A stretch of 64,000 nt of DNA from Candidatus Geothermarchaeota archaeon (GCA_015523545.1 WAKB01000008.1:6247-70246), one strand, 5' to 3'; positions 7,636 to 17,885 are shown, counted from the first letter of the stretch. Notes: generated from the letters alone by a model not told the origin. Translations and numbers: made by a program.

Positions 7636-8661
7636 GGACTCCCTCCTCCACCCTATCCTAACCTTCTCACCAGGGTCGGGAAGCTTCTCACCATATCTAA
7701 AAGGCCTGAAGATTATGAAGTTGTGCCCATCCACCTCGACATGGAACTCTACATAGGATCCCTTAAAGATCTTGAACTGTACAACCCCCTCCACAACATT
7801 GTCCAGACCCTCGGTGTTCCCAATGTATATCTGCTCAGGCCTCAGGGCTATGGCTACCCTACTCCCGTCAGCCACCTCGCCCGTGACGAGTATCCTACCT
7901 ACATCGGTCTCGACCGCGCCCTCCCTATAAACACCCTCAACAATGTTTATAGCCTCGCCTATGAAGCGGGCCACGAACTTGTTTACCGGCCTTAGATAGA
8001 TTTCCTCAGGCGTACCAACCTGCATTATCTTCCCATCCCTCATTATCGCTATACGGTCAGACATCACCATGGCCTCCCCCTGGTCATGGGTTACATAGAT
8101 GAAGGTAGTACCGACCTCCCTATGGATCCGCTTAAGCTCCACCATCATCTCCTGCCTGATCTTCAGGTCCAGGGCCCCCAGTGGCTCATCAAGGAGTAGA
8201 ACCTTAGGCTCGATGACAAGAGCCCTCGCAAGAGCCACCCTCTGCCTCTGACCACCACTAAGCTGGTTAGGCATCCTATTCTCCATACCGGGGAGCCTCA
8301 CAATCTCGAGGGCCTCCTTAACCCTCCTCCTGATCTCATCCTCGGGATACCCACGCATCCTCAGACCGAAGGCTATATTCTCAAAGACATTCATATGGGG
8401 GAATAAGGCCAGGGTCTGGAAGACCATACCTATACCCCTCTTATGTGGAGGAGTATAAGTCACGTCCTGACCATGTAGCTTAACCATCCCCTCGTCGGGA
8501 GTCTCTAGACCAGCTATCATACGGAGAGTGGTGGTCTTACCACATCCACTAGGGCCTAGTAGGCTGAAGAACTCCCCATCCCTCACCTTAAGGTTGACAT
8601 GATCCACAGCCACTACATCGCCAAACCTCTTGACTATATCAATAAGCTCAACCGCGTACAT
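7615..8661 (-). CDS. ABC transporter ATP-binding protein (PotA/MalK-like with C-terminal regulatory domain)
   Basis: Walker A GPSGCGKTT, signature LSGGQRQRVALARAL, Walker B LLLDEPLGALD, H-loop VTHDQ. Confidence 0.95.
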   Translation of the reverse strand: MYAVELIDIVKRFGDVVAVDHVNLKVRDGEFFSLLGPSGCGKTTTLRMIAGLETPDEGMVKLHGQDVTYTPPHKRGIGMVFQTLALFPHMNVFENIAFGLRMRGYPEDEIRRRVKEALEIVRLPGMENRMPNQLSGGQRQRVALARALVIEPKVLLLDEPLGALDLKIRQEMMVELKRIHREVGTTFIYVTHDQGEAMVMSDRIAIMRDGKIMQVGTPEEIYLRPVNKFVARFIGEAINIVEGVYREGAVETDVGRILVTGEVADGSRVAIALRPEQIYIGNTEGLDNVVEGVVQFKIFKGSYVEFHVEVDGHNFIIFRPFRYGEKLPDPGEKVRIGWRRESSVLLTD

Positions 8662-8707
8662 GCCCCCACACCAGGGCTACATTTAAAGCTCTCCCACAGA
8701 GCGTCTC

Positions 8708-9586
8708 TTATATCTTTACTGCATATATGACCCCATGCTCCCAGATACGAGTAGGCCTGAACCCAGCCCGTCTAAGACGCTTCATGACACCCCCAGCCAT
8801 ATCGACACCCGACTTATACCTAGGCTGGCCCACATAGTGGACTAGCCTACCACCCCTACGGAGAACCCTCGCCAGAGACTTGTAGAAATCCAGGCTATAC
8901 AGCTCACCAGCCCTTGAGAACCTAGGGGGGTCATGGATAACAGCGTCGAACGACTCCCTAGGAAGCTCCCCCACCACCTCTGCAATATCACCAAGGATTA
9001 TCGGTATATCCACGAGATCATCGCTCCAGGGATTATATTTCGCCATGTCCAGGACATTCCTATCCACCTCAACCGTGACGACCTCAGCACCCCTATGGAG
9101 GGAATGTATAGCCGTGTATCCAAGCCCGGTACATGTGTCCAGCACCTTATCCCCCCTCCTCAGCCTCAGGAGCGACACCTTGCTATAGGCATCTCTCCAC
9201 GGAGTTATGCCTACCACCCTATGCATCTTGATCCCGCTGATCTCTATCGTGGGGGCGGTATACGGCATAGGCGCGTAGAGCCTATAGTATAGGCCGTCTC
9301 GGTAATATGCGAGCCTGCCATACCTACCCCCTCCCAGTATATAGATATCTCCCTCACCAACCTCCTGCAACAACTCCTCAACATTATATCTATACCCATC
9401 CAGAACCAGGTGGGAATCCTCTACACATACATATCCCCATGTACGGCCCAGGTCTAGAGAGGTCTTCCTAGGACCATTCCAGCCAAGGAGCTCCATCAAC
9501 ATACCACGTGTAACTAGGGGGACCTCAAACCTGCTGTATCTGTATAGGGTGAAGCTGCCCAGCCAATCCATACCAATCATCTCCAT
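8708..9586 (-). CDS. class I SAM-dependent methyltransferase (archaeal COG2521-like, DPPRF motif)
   Basis: SAM motif I VLDTCTGLGYTA, acidic loop VVTVEVD, and motif IV VIHDPPRFS. Confidence 0.8.
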   Translation of the reverse strand: MEMIGMDWLGSFTLYRYSRFEVPLVTRGMLMELLGWNGPRKTSLDLGRTWGYVCVEDSHLVLDGYRYNVEELLQEVGEGDIYILGGGRYGRLAYYRDGLYYRLYAPMPYTAPTIEISGIKMHRVVGITPWRDAYSKVSLLRLRRGDKVLDTCTGLGYTAIHSLHRGAEVVTVEVDRNVLDMAKYNPWSDDLVDIPIILGDIAEVVGELPRESFDAVIHDPPRFSRAGELYSLDFYKSLARVLRRGGRLVHYVGQPRYKSGVDMAGGVMKRLRRAGFRPTRIWEHGVIYAVKI

Positions 9587-9636
9587 GCACCTGGGGAAAA
9601 GTTATATCCTACCCTTCCATAATCGCTTAGTAGGCC

Positions 9637-11013
9637 ATGAAGACTATACAGCTATACGACAGTAGGGAGGCGAGGCTAAAGCCCGTGAAATCCCTCAGAG
9701 GAGACAACATCATAAGGATGTATATATGTGGGCCAACCGTCTACGACTATAGCCACATAGGACACTTCAAAACCTTCATAGTATACGACACCATGGTTAG
9801 ATTCCTGAAATACGCGGGCTTCGACGTGATGCATGTAGTCAACATAACCGATATCGACGACAAGATAATCAGGAGGGCCAACGAGGAGGGTAGGAGCTAT
9901 AGAGAGGTGAGCGAAGAGTTTACAGAGGACTTCATAGCAAACTGGAGAGCCCTAAACCTACTCCCACCCTACGCACTACCCAGGGCCACATACCATATCA
10001 GGGATATGCACAGGATCATAGAGACTCTAATAGAGAGGGGCTACGCCTACGTAGCCGATGGGAACGTATACTTCTCCGTCAGGAGGTTCGGGAAGTATGG
10101 AGAGATAAGTAAGCAGAGCATAGACGACCTGATAGCCGGCTACAGGGTAGAGGAGGGAGAGGGCAAGAGAGACCCCCTAGACTTCGCCCTATGGAAGAGG
10201 GCCAAGCCAGGTGATCCCAGCTGGGATAGCCCATGGGGACGGGGTAGGCCCGGGTGGCACATAGAGTGCACAGCCATGAGCAGCAAGCTCCTGGACCCCC
10301 CATTCGAGATACACGGGGGCGGGGAGGACCTAAAATTCCCCCACCACGAGAATGAAAGGGCACAGACAAACTCATACATAGGAGGGGAGGCCGTCTATAT
10401 ATGGACACACGTAGGCATACTCAAGATGGCCAAGGAGAAGATGTCCAAATCACTGGGTAACATAGTCACTATGAGGGATCTCCTGAGAATAATGCATCCA
10501 GACACAATAAGGATATTCGTCATATCCACACACTACAGGAAGCAGAGCGAGTATAGCGACGAGAAGATACGGGAGGCACAGAACATACAGAGGAGGATAC
10601 AGAGCGTATACACCCGACTACTAAGGGCCGAGGAGGGAGGAATCGAGATAGACGTGAATCAGTATAGGGAGGAGATACTGAGCCACCTCTCAAACGATCT
10701 CAACACGCCAGCAGCCCTAAGCACATTCATGTCCTTCCTAGACGAGCTGAGCAGCGCCCTAGCCTCGAGAGGCCTATCCAAAGAGACTAGGGAGGACGCC
10801 CTAAGGCTATACAAGGAGATCCAGTACATCTTCGGCCTACAGCTAGAGACCAGCCTAGAGACGAGGGGCATCCTAGAACTACTGATAAATGTGCGTAAGG
10901 AGCTTAGGAAGAGGAGAATCTACGACGTAGCCGACATGATCAGGGATGAACTGGCTAAGAAAGGAGTGATCCTCGAGGATATAGGAGAGGACACAATATA
11001 CTATACTGTCTAG
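9637..11013 (+). CDS. cysS: cysteinyl-tRNA synthetase
   Basis: Class I motifs: HIGH variant [15 protein letters not shown] and KMSKSLGN. Length 458 aa. Confidence 0.97.
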   Translation: MKTIQLYDSREARLKPVKSLRGDNIIRMYICGPTVYDYSHIGHFKTFIVYDTMVRFLKYAGFDVMHVVNITDIDDKIIRRANEEGRSYREVSEEFTEDFIANWRALNLLPPYALPRATYHIRDMHRIIETLIERGYAYVADGNVYFSVRRFGKYGEISKQSIDDLIAGYRVEEGEGKRDPLDFALWKRAKPGDPSWDSPWGRGRPGWHIECTAMSSKLLDPPFEIHGGGEDLKFPHHENERAQTNSYIGGEAVYIWTHVGILKMAKEKMSKSLGNIVTMRDLLRIMHPDTIRIFVISTHYRKQSEYSDEKIREAQNIQRRIQSVYTRLLRAEEGGIEIDVNQYREEILSHLSNDLNTPAALSTFMSFLDELSSALASRGLSKETREDALRLYKEIQYIFGLQLETSLETRGILELLINVRKELRKRRIYDVADMIRDELAKKGVILEDIGEDTIYYTV

Positions 11014-11936
11014 AAGCCCTCCTCAATAAGCGCCTCCACAAGTATCGGGAGGAGAATGGTTGCGTCGCCCCATACACTTACATACCTACCACTACTCGAG
11101 ACCTTATTCCAGCTGACAGCCTCAGACATACGGGCACCCGATAAGCTACCGTCATACTCTACGGCAGTCGATATCTGGAGGGCATAGTCAAGCCCACCCC
11201 TAAACTGGTTCCACCAGATTAGGTGGTGCTTAGAGACCCCGCCACCCACCAATATTCCAGCCGTACTAGAGGCCTCATAGACCGCGTCGGCCAACAGCTT
11301 CTCATCCCTATACATATCCAGCTTAAAGTCCCTGTGGAACTGCTGGAAGACCCAGATGTTATACCCGACAGCCCCGTCGTAGGGGGCTGGCACTATAACC
11401 TCCACATCCCTCTTATAAGCGGTGTAGAGAAGGCTCTCCTCACTACCTATATACTTCCCCAGCTCCCAGGAGAACTCGTAGGTAGGGAGCTCCCTTACGC
11501 CTCTACTATATAGATCCTCAAGAAGCCTTCTCATATGCTTCTCAATAACGACTCCATAGTTATCGAAGGGGATCAGGACGTTACCGAGCCTATGAACCTC
11601 CCTCCTCCTAAGCTCCCTATCATCCATCTCGAAGGAGCCGGTGAAATAGTCTACATAGGATCGGGCCAAGTCGTGATCCCAAGTGCCACATGTTGTTATA
11701 ACAACATCCACCCATCCACGGCTCAACATCTCCCTTATAACGCCCCGAAGACCTGTGGAGACCGGGGCGGCTGGGAAGCTCATAAACACGGTGACCTCAT
11801 CCTTCTTCTCAAGAACCTCCCTTAAGATATTGTAGGCCTCGCCTAGGCGGCGCCCCATAAACCCGCCCATAGAAGCCATCTGACGGAGGAGGGCTGGCAG
11901 ACCCTCCCCCAGCCCTATATCCTTTACGGGCCGCAT
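11010..11936 (-). CDS. dys: deoxyhypusine synthase
   Basis: VFMSFPAAPVSTGLRG, VVITTCGTWDHD, GGGVSKHH and EAVSWNK blocks. First ATG is at 11936; the track start at 11966 is a non-ATG codon. Confidence 0.9.
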   Translation of the reverse strand: MRPVKDIGLGEGLPALLRQMASMGGFMGRRLGEAYNILREVLEKKDEVTVFMSFPAAPVSTGLRGVIREMLSRGWVDVVITTCGTWDHDLARSYVDYFTGSFEMDDRELRRREVHRLGNVLIPFDNYGVVIEKHMRRLLEDLYSRGVRELPTYEFSWELGKYIGSEESLLYTAYKRDVEVIVPAPYDGAVGYNIWVFQQFHRDFKLDMYRDEKLLADAVYEASSTAGILVGGGVSKHHLIWWNQFRGGLDYALQISTAVEYDGSLSGARMSEAVSWNKVSSSGRYVSVWGDATILLPILVEALIEEGF

Positions 11937-11952
11937 AGGAGGCACCGCCTTC

Positions 11953-13065
11953 CTAGATAATCTCAATAGCCTTCGAGAGACTTGTTAGTACCTCACACCC
12001 ATCCTCAGTTATCAATACCATGTCCTCGATCCTAACCCCGCCAAGACCCTCCACATATATCCCAGGCTCAATAGTAACCACCATCCCCGGCTCCAGCGTA
12101 TATTCACTCTTACTACTTAGACGGGGAGGCTCATGGACATTGAGACCTATACCATGCCCAGTGGAATGGGTGAAATACTTACCATACCCGTTACGCTCAA
12201 TAATCCTCCTAGCCACCTCATCAACCTCCTTCGCCTTCACCCCTGGACCAGCCTTTTCAATAGCCTCCACCTGAGCCTCTAGGACCACCTCGTATATCCT
12301 TTTAAGGGCGGTCTCAGCCATCCCCACAAAGAAGGTTCTGGTCTCATCCCCGAAGTACCCGTTATATGACGCTACATAGTCTAGGGTAACGGCGTCGCCG
12401 GGCCTCGGAACCCTGTCGGAGCATCTCCAGTGGGGATAGGCCGAGTTGGGACCACTGGCTACGATAAGGAAGTCCAGAGTCTTGTCAGCCCCCCTCCTCA
12501 ACATGTAGCACTTACTCTCCACCATCAGGGAATACTCAGAGAGCCCCCTATCCAGACGCTCCGAGGCCCACTTAATCCCCTCATCCACAATCCTGGCGGC
12601 CTCCCGGAGGAGGGCGATCTCCCTACGACTCTTTATCATCCTAGCCCTCCAAAGATCCTCACTAAAGTCTATAAGCCCCTCCAGCTTCTCACTAAGCAGG
12701 TCAAACTCCTTCTTAGAGATGAATCCATAGGGGACGCCTATCTTACCACCATCCAGCACCTTACCTACCGCGTCGTAGAGGTTCTCAGCCTTCACAGACT
12801 CAAGGGGGCCGTCATACCTATCCCTGTAGTAGACGATTATGTCATCCACCCATGTAACCTTGGGAATCCTCTCCGCCTCCATAACATTGGCTATAGCAAC
12901 TATCCTACCCTCCCCCACATCGAGATACGCCGCGGAGTAATCTATCACCCCACCACATAGATAGTGGATATTCTCAGGATCAAGGAAGAGTACATAGTCA
13001 AGTCCCTTCTCCTCAGCCCTAGCCAGGAGCCTAGCTATCCTCTCACCATCCCTCTCCATCGCCAT
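11953..13065 (-). CDS. pepQ: M24 family Xaa-Pro dipeptidase/aminopeptidase
   Basis: Metal-ligand blocks DYVASYNGYFGDETRT, HSTGHGIGLNVHEPP and GVRIEDMVLIT. Confidence 0.9.
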   Translation of the reverse strand: MAMERDGERIARLLARAEEKGLDYVLFLDPENIHYLCGGVIDYSAAYLDVGEGRIVAIANVMEAERIPKVTWVDDIIVYYRDRYDGPLESVKAENLYDAVGKVLDGGKIGVPYGFISKKEFDLLSEKLEGLIDFSEDLWRARMIKSRREIALLREAARIVDEGIKWASERLDRGLSEYSLMVESKCYMLRRGADKTLDFLIVASGPNSAYPHWRCSDRVPRPGDAVTLDYVASYNGYFGDETRTFFVGMAETALKRIYEVVLEAQVEAIEKAGPGVKAKEVDEVARRIIERNGYGKYFTHSTGHGIGLNVHEPPRLSSKSEYTLEPGMVVTIEPGIYVEGLGGVRIEDMVLITEDGCEVLTSLSKAIEII

Positions 13066-13121
13066 CAAATCAAATAATTACGGATACCAAGCCGTAAAAA
13101 ATAGTGAACGAGGTGTGGAGG

Positions 13122-13451
13122 ATGGACATCTCCAGGTTCCAAGAAGTGATACGTGATACATACATCCACCACGATAGGAGGAGGGGTCTAGAGAGGACGC
13201 TGGACTGGCTGGTAAGCGAGGTCTACGAGCTCCGGCAGGCCATCGAGGCTGGGAAGGGCATAGAGGAGGAGCTGGCAGACGTGCTGGCATGGCTAGCCAG
13301 CGTCGCCAACCTACTAGGTATAGACCTGGAGAAAGCCGCTGTGGAGAGGTATGGGGAGGGATGCCCCAAATGCAGCTCAAAGCCCTGTAGATGCCAGTAT
13401 AGAGAGGGGCCCGACAAAGACGTTGTACTCCTCCTTAGAACCCAGTCGTGA
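13122..13451 (+). CDS. MazG-like nucleotide pyrophosphohydrolase domain protein with C-terminal Cys cluster
   Basis: LVSEVYELRQAI...EELADVLAWLASVANLLGIDLEKA matches the MazG EExxE/D helices. C-terminal CPKCSSKPCRC. ATG 13122 follows GGTGTGGAGG. Confidence 0.75.
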   Translation: MDISRFQEVIRDTYIHHDRRRGLERTLDWLVSEVYELRQAIEAGKGIEEELADVLAWLASVANLLGIDLEKAAVERYGEGCPKCSSKPCRCQYREGPDKDVVLLLRTQS

Positions 13452-14799
13452 CCACAACATCCTCGAGAGCCACGTAGCCTGTGAAGGAAGGTGTATCAAC
13501 GTCCCACGGCAATGACCACTTAATAGGCTCCGTAGAGAGAATGGGTCTAACCACTAGATCCTTGATGTTGAGCGAAAGCCTCGCACCTATAACCGGCTTG
13601 GTTAACTCACCACCCTCTATCAAGAACCCTACATCCCTCTGCATGGTCGACAGGGAGCCCTCCCTCACGTTTGAATACCTTGTATACCACAGATTGGTTA
13701 TGTAGATCCCCTCACCAACGGTCTTTAGTAACTCCTCCTCATCCTTAGCAACATCATCACACCTATATACGACATGGTGCATATGTGGAATGATTAGCCC
13801 CGCATGCCCATTACTCTCCCTACCCATCCTCCTGGCAAGGGTATTGTTAAACGCCAGGTCTCTCAACACACCTCCCTCGATATAGACAGTCTTCCTAGTG
13901 GGAACACCCTCCTCGTCGAAGGTTATGGAGGCCGGGCTATTCTCCATCCTAGGATCGTCATACACCAGTGCCCTAGCCCCAATATCCTCACCCAATTGTC
14001 CGGAGAAGACTGAGATACCGGTATAGTAGTTATACGCCGAGAGCATCGAGGATAGGTAGCTCAGGAGGTTTGAGAAGGCATCGGGAGTGAAGACAACCCT
14101 AGTCTTACGCCTCTCAGGCAAGACAGGTTTATCCGCGCCCTCCAATCTAGATGATACCTCCCGAACCATAGACTCGGCGTCCTCCTCATCCACACTCGTA
14201 GACAGTATAGAGGAGGTAGCCGTCAGTTCACTATCCTTGAAGCCCCTAACCCTGATGTTAAACCTACTGTACTTATACTCCCCACTAGCCCCATAGGAAG
14301 ACGCCATCAGACGCCTTCCAGCCTCCGCCGAGATTATACCGCTAAGCCTCTCAACTCCACCAGCATCTGTGGATAAGATGGCCTCTAACAGCCTATATAG
14401 AAAGTCCTGTTCAAAGACAGAGTCGTTATAGACACCTGGGATGATGTCATATGTCTCGAAGCCTGCCTCTGGGGGGATATACTCCTCCTGCCTATCGATA
14501 AGCCTAAAAGACTTATGTATAAACTCTACCACACTGTCCAGGTCTAGAGTAGATACACTGTCGAGTGAGACAGTTGTATAGCTCTTCCCCTTCTTAACCA
14601 TCACATCGATACTATCCTCAACCATGTGCTTTGTGAGGTCATGCCTATAGTTAGAGAACCTGATCCTAGTACTGTAGAGAATCTCACCGTTAACAATAAC
14701 TGTGTCGAACTCCTTCGAGAGCCTACTCACAAGCTTCTGTATAAACTCATCCAGGTCTCTCCAGCCGAGGGCCGATCTCAACAACTCGTCGAACTCCAT
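13435..14799 (-). CDS. pmbA: PmbA/TldE-type peptidase U62 family protein
   Basis: 454 aa, directly downstream of tldD, with the Gly-rich C-terminal barrel typical of the family (GEGIYITNLWYTRYSN, GFLIEGGEL). Confidence 0.85.
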   Translation of the reverse strand: MEFDELLRSALGWRDLDEFIQKLVSRLSKEFDTVIVNGEILYSTRIRFSNYRHDLTKHMVEDSIDVMVKKGKSYTTVSLDSVSTLDLDSVVEFIHKSFRLIDRQEEYIPPEAGFETYDIIPGVYNDSVFEQDFLYRLLEAILSTDAGGVERLSGIISAEAGRRLMASSYGASGEYKYSRFNIRVRGFKDSELTATSSILSTSVDEEDAESMVREVSSRLEGADKPVLPERRKTRVVFTPDAFSNLLSYLSSMLSAYNYYTGISVFSGQLGEDIGARALVYDDPRMENSPASITFDEEGVPTRKTVYIEGGVLRDLAFNNTLARRMGRESNGHAGLIIPHMHHVVYRCDDVAKDEEELLKTVGEGIYITNLWYTRYSNVREGSLSTMQRDVGFLIEGGELTKPVIGARLSLNIKDLVVRPILSTEPIKWSLPWDVDTPSFTGYVALEDVVVTTGF

Positions 14800-14809
14800 A
14801 TAACCACCC

Positions 14810-16267
14810 CTACCTAGAGCCTACAAGAATATTGTTAATCAGTAGATGGGGTCCACCAAGGCTGACAGGAAGCACCTGCATAGGATCTCCCTTTCCACAG
14901 AAGCCGGGGAAGAGCTCAATCTCTGAGGAGGCTGCTGACACCCTGGACAAGAGCTCCCATGTAGTGGACTCGAGGACTGGGTACTTCACAGGCGGGCCCA
15001 GCCTACCATTCTGTATGAGATACGCCTCGAACCCTGTGTAGCGCTGGTTAATCCTCCGATCATCAATGTTCCACTCAGTATAGTCCTTAATGAATATTCC
15101 CCGGCCAGCCTCCTCAATCAACTCGTCCACACTATATTCTCCCTCCTGGAAATATGTCACACCCATCCTCACTAGAGGCTCGTCATGATAGCTGGAGGCC
15201 CTACTACTCCCATTACCCCTCATACCAATCCTCGACGCCACGAATCTATTGCTTAGAAGGGTCTTTACAACCCCCTCCCTAATCATAACCCTAGCAGAGG
15301 CCCTCATACCATCATCGTCATAGAGATAGTATCCATAGGCACCTGGATACGTAGGGTCATCCACAACCGTCACTGCTTCTGAGCCTATCCGCCTAACCTC
15401 CACATCACTTATGGATACATAGGACTCACCAGCCTGGGCACCCTCCATACCCAAGATCCTATCAAGCTCGAAGGGATGCCCAACCGCCTCATGAGCTATG
15501 ATCCCGGCAATCTCCGGCCCCACTATAACGTTATACTTATCGATGGGGATAGGCTTGGCCTCCTTAACGACACGCTCCATAGCCTCTATATGCTCCCTAC
15601 ACTGGGACAGGAGATAGTCATAATCCAGGAACTCAGCCCCCTGAGAAGCCCCCAACAACACGTTTTTAGATACGAACTCCCCATCCTTCCCAGTGAAATG
15701 CGCGAAGAAGGTAATCCTAGGAATAGTCGAGGACACCACCACCTGGTCAGAACTCGTGAAGAACTTCCTCTCCAGAGTATAGTTGATGACTATATGCCTA
15801 CTCAGGAGCTCTATACCAGCAAGATCCCTCAGAGCCTTGTCAAGATCAGTCAATATAGATATAGAGTCGTCTATATGGTCTAGGAAAGGCTTCTCCTCCT
15901 TAACGACATACTCGACGTCCTCGGAAGAAACGTCATGGAGTGTGTATTCATCTACCCTCCCCCACCCCCTCAGATTAGAGAGCCTTTTAGCCAAGCCATC
16001 CAACACATACTCAGCCATCGACTTAGAAGGGGTGGAGACAGAGCCATAGAGGGTTATCCCCCTGGAGAAGACCCTTATCCCGAGGCCGGCCTCGTAGCTC
16101 CTATTAAAGGCCACCAGCTGACCATTATTCACAACTATGGTGACGCTACGCTTTTCATGCACCCTAGCATCCACATAGCTTATATCCTGACCCCCCCCGA
16201 AACCTGTGAGGGAGCTAGCTGTATCCACGTAGTCCTCCCACCTACCCACCTCCACATCGGTAGACAT
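14810..16267 (-). CDS. tldD: TldD metalloprotease (peptidase U62)
   Basis: HExxxH-type motif AHEAVGHPFELD and C-terminal FCGKGDP...VSLGGPHL. First ATG is at 16267. Confidence 0.9.
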   Translation of the reverse strand: MSTDVEVGRWEDYVDTASSLTGFGGGQDISYVDARVHEKRSVTIVVNNGQLVAFNRSYEAGLGIRVFSRGITLYGSVSTPSKSMAEYVLDGLAKRLSNLRGWGRVDEYTLHDVSSEDVEYVVKEEKPFLDHIDDSISILTDLDKALRDLAGIELLSRHIVINYTLERKFFTSSDQVVVSSTIPRITFFAHFTGKDGEFVSKNVLLGASQGAEFLDYDYLLSQCREHIEAMERVVKEAKPIPIDKYNVIVGPEIAGIIAHEAVGHPFELDRILGMEGAQAGESYVSISDVEVRRIGSEAVTVVDDPTYPGAYGYYLYDDDGMRASARVMIREGVVKTLLSNRFVASRIGMRGNGSSRASSYHDEPLVRMGVTYFQEGEYSVDELIEEAGRGIFIKDYTEWNIDDRRINQRYTGFEAYLIQNGRLGPPVKYPVLESTTWELLSRVSAASSEIELFPGFCGKGDPMQVLPVSLGGPHLLINNILVGSR

Positions 16268-16378
16268 TAGAACCACCCCAGAAGAGTGTGGGAAGAGCCC
16301 GTCCCAATAGAGCTAAATAACCCCCTCCACCCCAATAAAAGAATATTCCTTTAGACGAGTGGCAGCGGTGGATAGGAG

Positions 16379-16771
16379 GTGTACAGGCTCCCCCAGAGGA
16401 TCGCTGAGAAGGCCGCGGAGAGAATCTCAAGGATACTCGGTTCCGAAGTGGTTGAGGTTAGGGGCATAAGGACAGATGGGGCAGAGATAGGTAAGGAATG
16501 GACTAGGTGGGGAGGGGCTAGGATAGTATACCGAGCCAAGGATATACATAGCGCCAAGAGGCTTAGAGACCTACACCACGCATCAGGCTTCAAATACTCG
16601 AGAATAGTCCCAGACAAGGAGGGATACCTAGTAATATGCGAGACGACAGAAAATATAACCCTCCCCCAGGAGATTATGCATGATAAACCCAGAATTCGGA
16701 TTATCAAGATATTACTTTTTCTAAGAACCGTGAAAAGGCTTAAAATGTTATTACGGAATACTAAATTTTAA
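16379..16771 (+). CDS. hypothetical protein (weakly supported)
   Basis: GTG-start ORF. Residues 1-100 look protein-like, but the tail runs into the AT-rich hsp20 promoter. The antisense alternative is S/L/P-rich. Confidence 0.35.
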   Translation: MYRLPQRIAEKAAERISRILGSEVVEVRGIRTDGAEIGKEWTRWGGARIVYRAKDIHSAKRLRDLHHASGFKYSRIVPDKEGYLVICETTENITLPQEIMHDKPRIRIIKILLFLRTVKRLKMLLRNTKF

Positions 16772-16774
16772 AAA
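16763..16774 (+). promoter_or_regulatory. TATA-like box upstream of hsp20
   Basis: AAATTTTAAAAA is centred about 42 nt before ATG 16810. A GGTGA Shine-Dalgarno-like element lies at about 16798. Confidence 0.35.
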
Positions 16775-16809
16775 TCCCCTTATCGAAGAATCTAGAGTGG
16801 TGATGTGAC

Positions 16810-17340
16810 ATGAGGTTCGAGGACGAGTTCTTCGATGAGATCGATAGGATATTCAAGGAGGAGATGAGGAGGATCAGGAAGCTCATCACAGAGCTTACGA
16901 AGATCAGGACCAACGAGCTCAGGGAGCTCGGTATGCGTGGCGAGCCAATAGTATTCGGGTTCACATATAGATGGCAGACTGGTATGGAGAAGCCAGAGAT
17001 AAAGTTCTTCGGAAACGTCAAGCCACAGCAGCCCTTCGGCGTGAAGATAGACCAGACAGTAACCCCGGTATACGACCTGATCGACAAGGATGACCACTAC
17101 GAGATCATCGTTGAGATGGCTGGCGCCAAGAAGGATGACGTTGACATCCAGCTCAAGGACGGCGCACTATACATAAAGGCCGAGACGCCCTACAAGAAGT
17201 ACAAGGTGAGCGTTCCAATACCGAGCGACGCCCAGGCAGACGATATAAAGGCGAAGCTGAACAACGGGATACTGATAATCAAGCTCAAGAAGAAGAAGGG
17301 CGTAGGGACCAGGAAGATAGAGATTGAGGAGGAAGACTAG
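16810..17340 (+). CDS. hsp20: small heat-shock protein (Hsp20/alpha-crystallin family)
   Basis: Alpha-crystallin domain: DLIDKDDHYEIIVEMAGAKKDDVDIQLKDGALYIKAE...AKLNNGILIIKLKKK. Confidence 0.92.
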   Translation: MRFEDEFFDEIDRIFKEEMRRIRKLITELTKIRTNELRELGMRGEPIVFGFTYRWQTGMEKPEIKFFGNVKPQQPFGVKIDQTVTPVYDLIDKDDHYEIIVEMAGAKKDDVDIQLKDGALYIKAETPYKKYKVSVPIPSDAQADDIKAKLNNGILIIKLKKKKGVGTRKIEIEEED

Positions 17341-17885
17341 GGCTTAAACCACTTGAACATTAGATACCTAACACTTTTTTTATCTCCATCTACAACCGCG
17401 TAGACAAATCGTTTCCTAACCGATGTGGCCAATCTACCCGCCCTCACCAGCTCATCCCCACTAACCATGGAGCCAGCCTCTATAACATCCACGAGATATG
17501 GTGCATGCTCAATACCGGGCCCTCTCTTATAGACGGCGAAGTCCACCCCAAACTTCAGGCCCGAGATGACCACGAAGCCCCTATCTCTCAGATCCTTATA
17601 CACCATATATTTCAGGTCTAAGGAGGGGTACATATCCCTGATCAGCTCCCTAAAAGCCCCTGAACCGAGAGGCTCCCCCCGGTGATAAACCTCAATAACA
17701 CCCTTCTCGAGGAGGTAAAGAGCCTCTAGAGGGTCTAGGAGGAGGGGTGAGTCAAAGTCAGGCCTCTTAGGCTTATCAACACCCAGCGGCTTACCGAAGA
17801 ATCCTAGGGACCAGACTCTACGGGCCTCCTCATGATCAGGGATGTAGACCCTCCCACCAACCAGGAACCCCTTATACCTCCTCAT
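17337..17885 (-). CDS. endA: tRNA-splicing endonuclease, catalytic-type subunit
   Basis: LDPLEALYLLEKG, YKDLRDRGFVV.SGLKFGVDFAVYKRG...HAPYLVDV and SVRKRF (Tyr/His/Lys triad context). ATG 17885 makes an ATGA overlap with the upstream stop. Confidence 0.9.
   Translation of the reverse strand: MRRYKGFLVGGRVYIPDHEEARRVWSLGFFGKPLGVDKPKRPDFDSPLLLDPLEALYLLEKGVIEVYHRGEPLGSGAFRELIRDMYPSLDLKYMVYKDLRDRGFVVISGLKFGVDFAVYKRGPGIEHAPYLVDVIEAGSMVSGDELVRAGRLATSVRKRFVYAVVDGDKKSVRYLMFKWFKP

Noticed and set aside
16351-16707. 118-aa minus-strand ORF between tldD and hsp20.
   Set aside because: It is S/L/P-rich and antisense to the (itself weak) plus-strand ORF, with no independent support.
16717-16736. Inverted repeat TTTTC-N10-GAAAA upstream of hsp20, considered as a heat-shock regulator (Phr-type) operator.
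   Set aside because: It has only 5-bp arms. I tried to fit the euryarchaeal Phr consensus TTTnnTnnCnnnnnGnnAnnAAA in three registers and it fails. Phr is not known in Crenarchaeota. It is kept only as a remark within the 16277..16809 finding.
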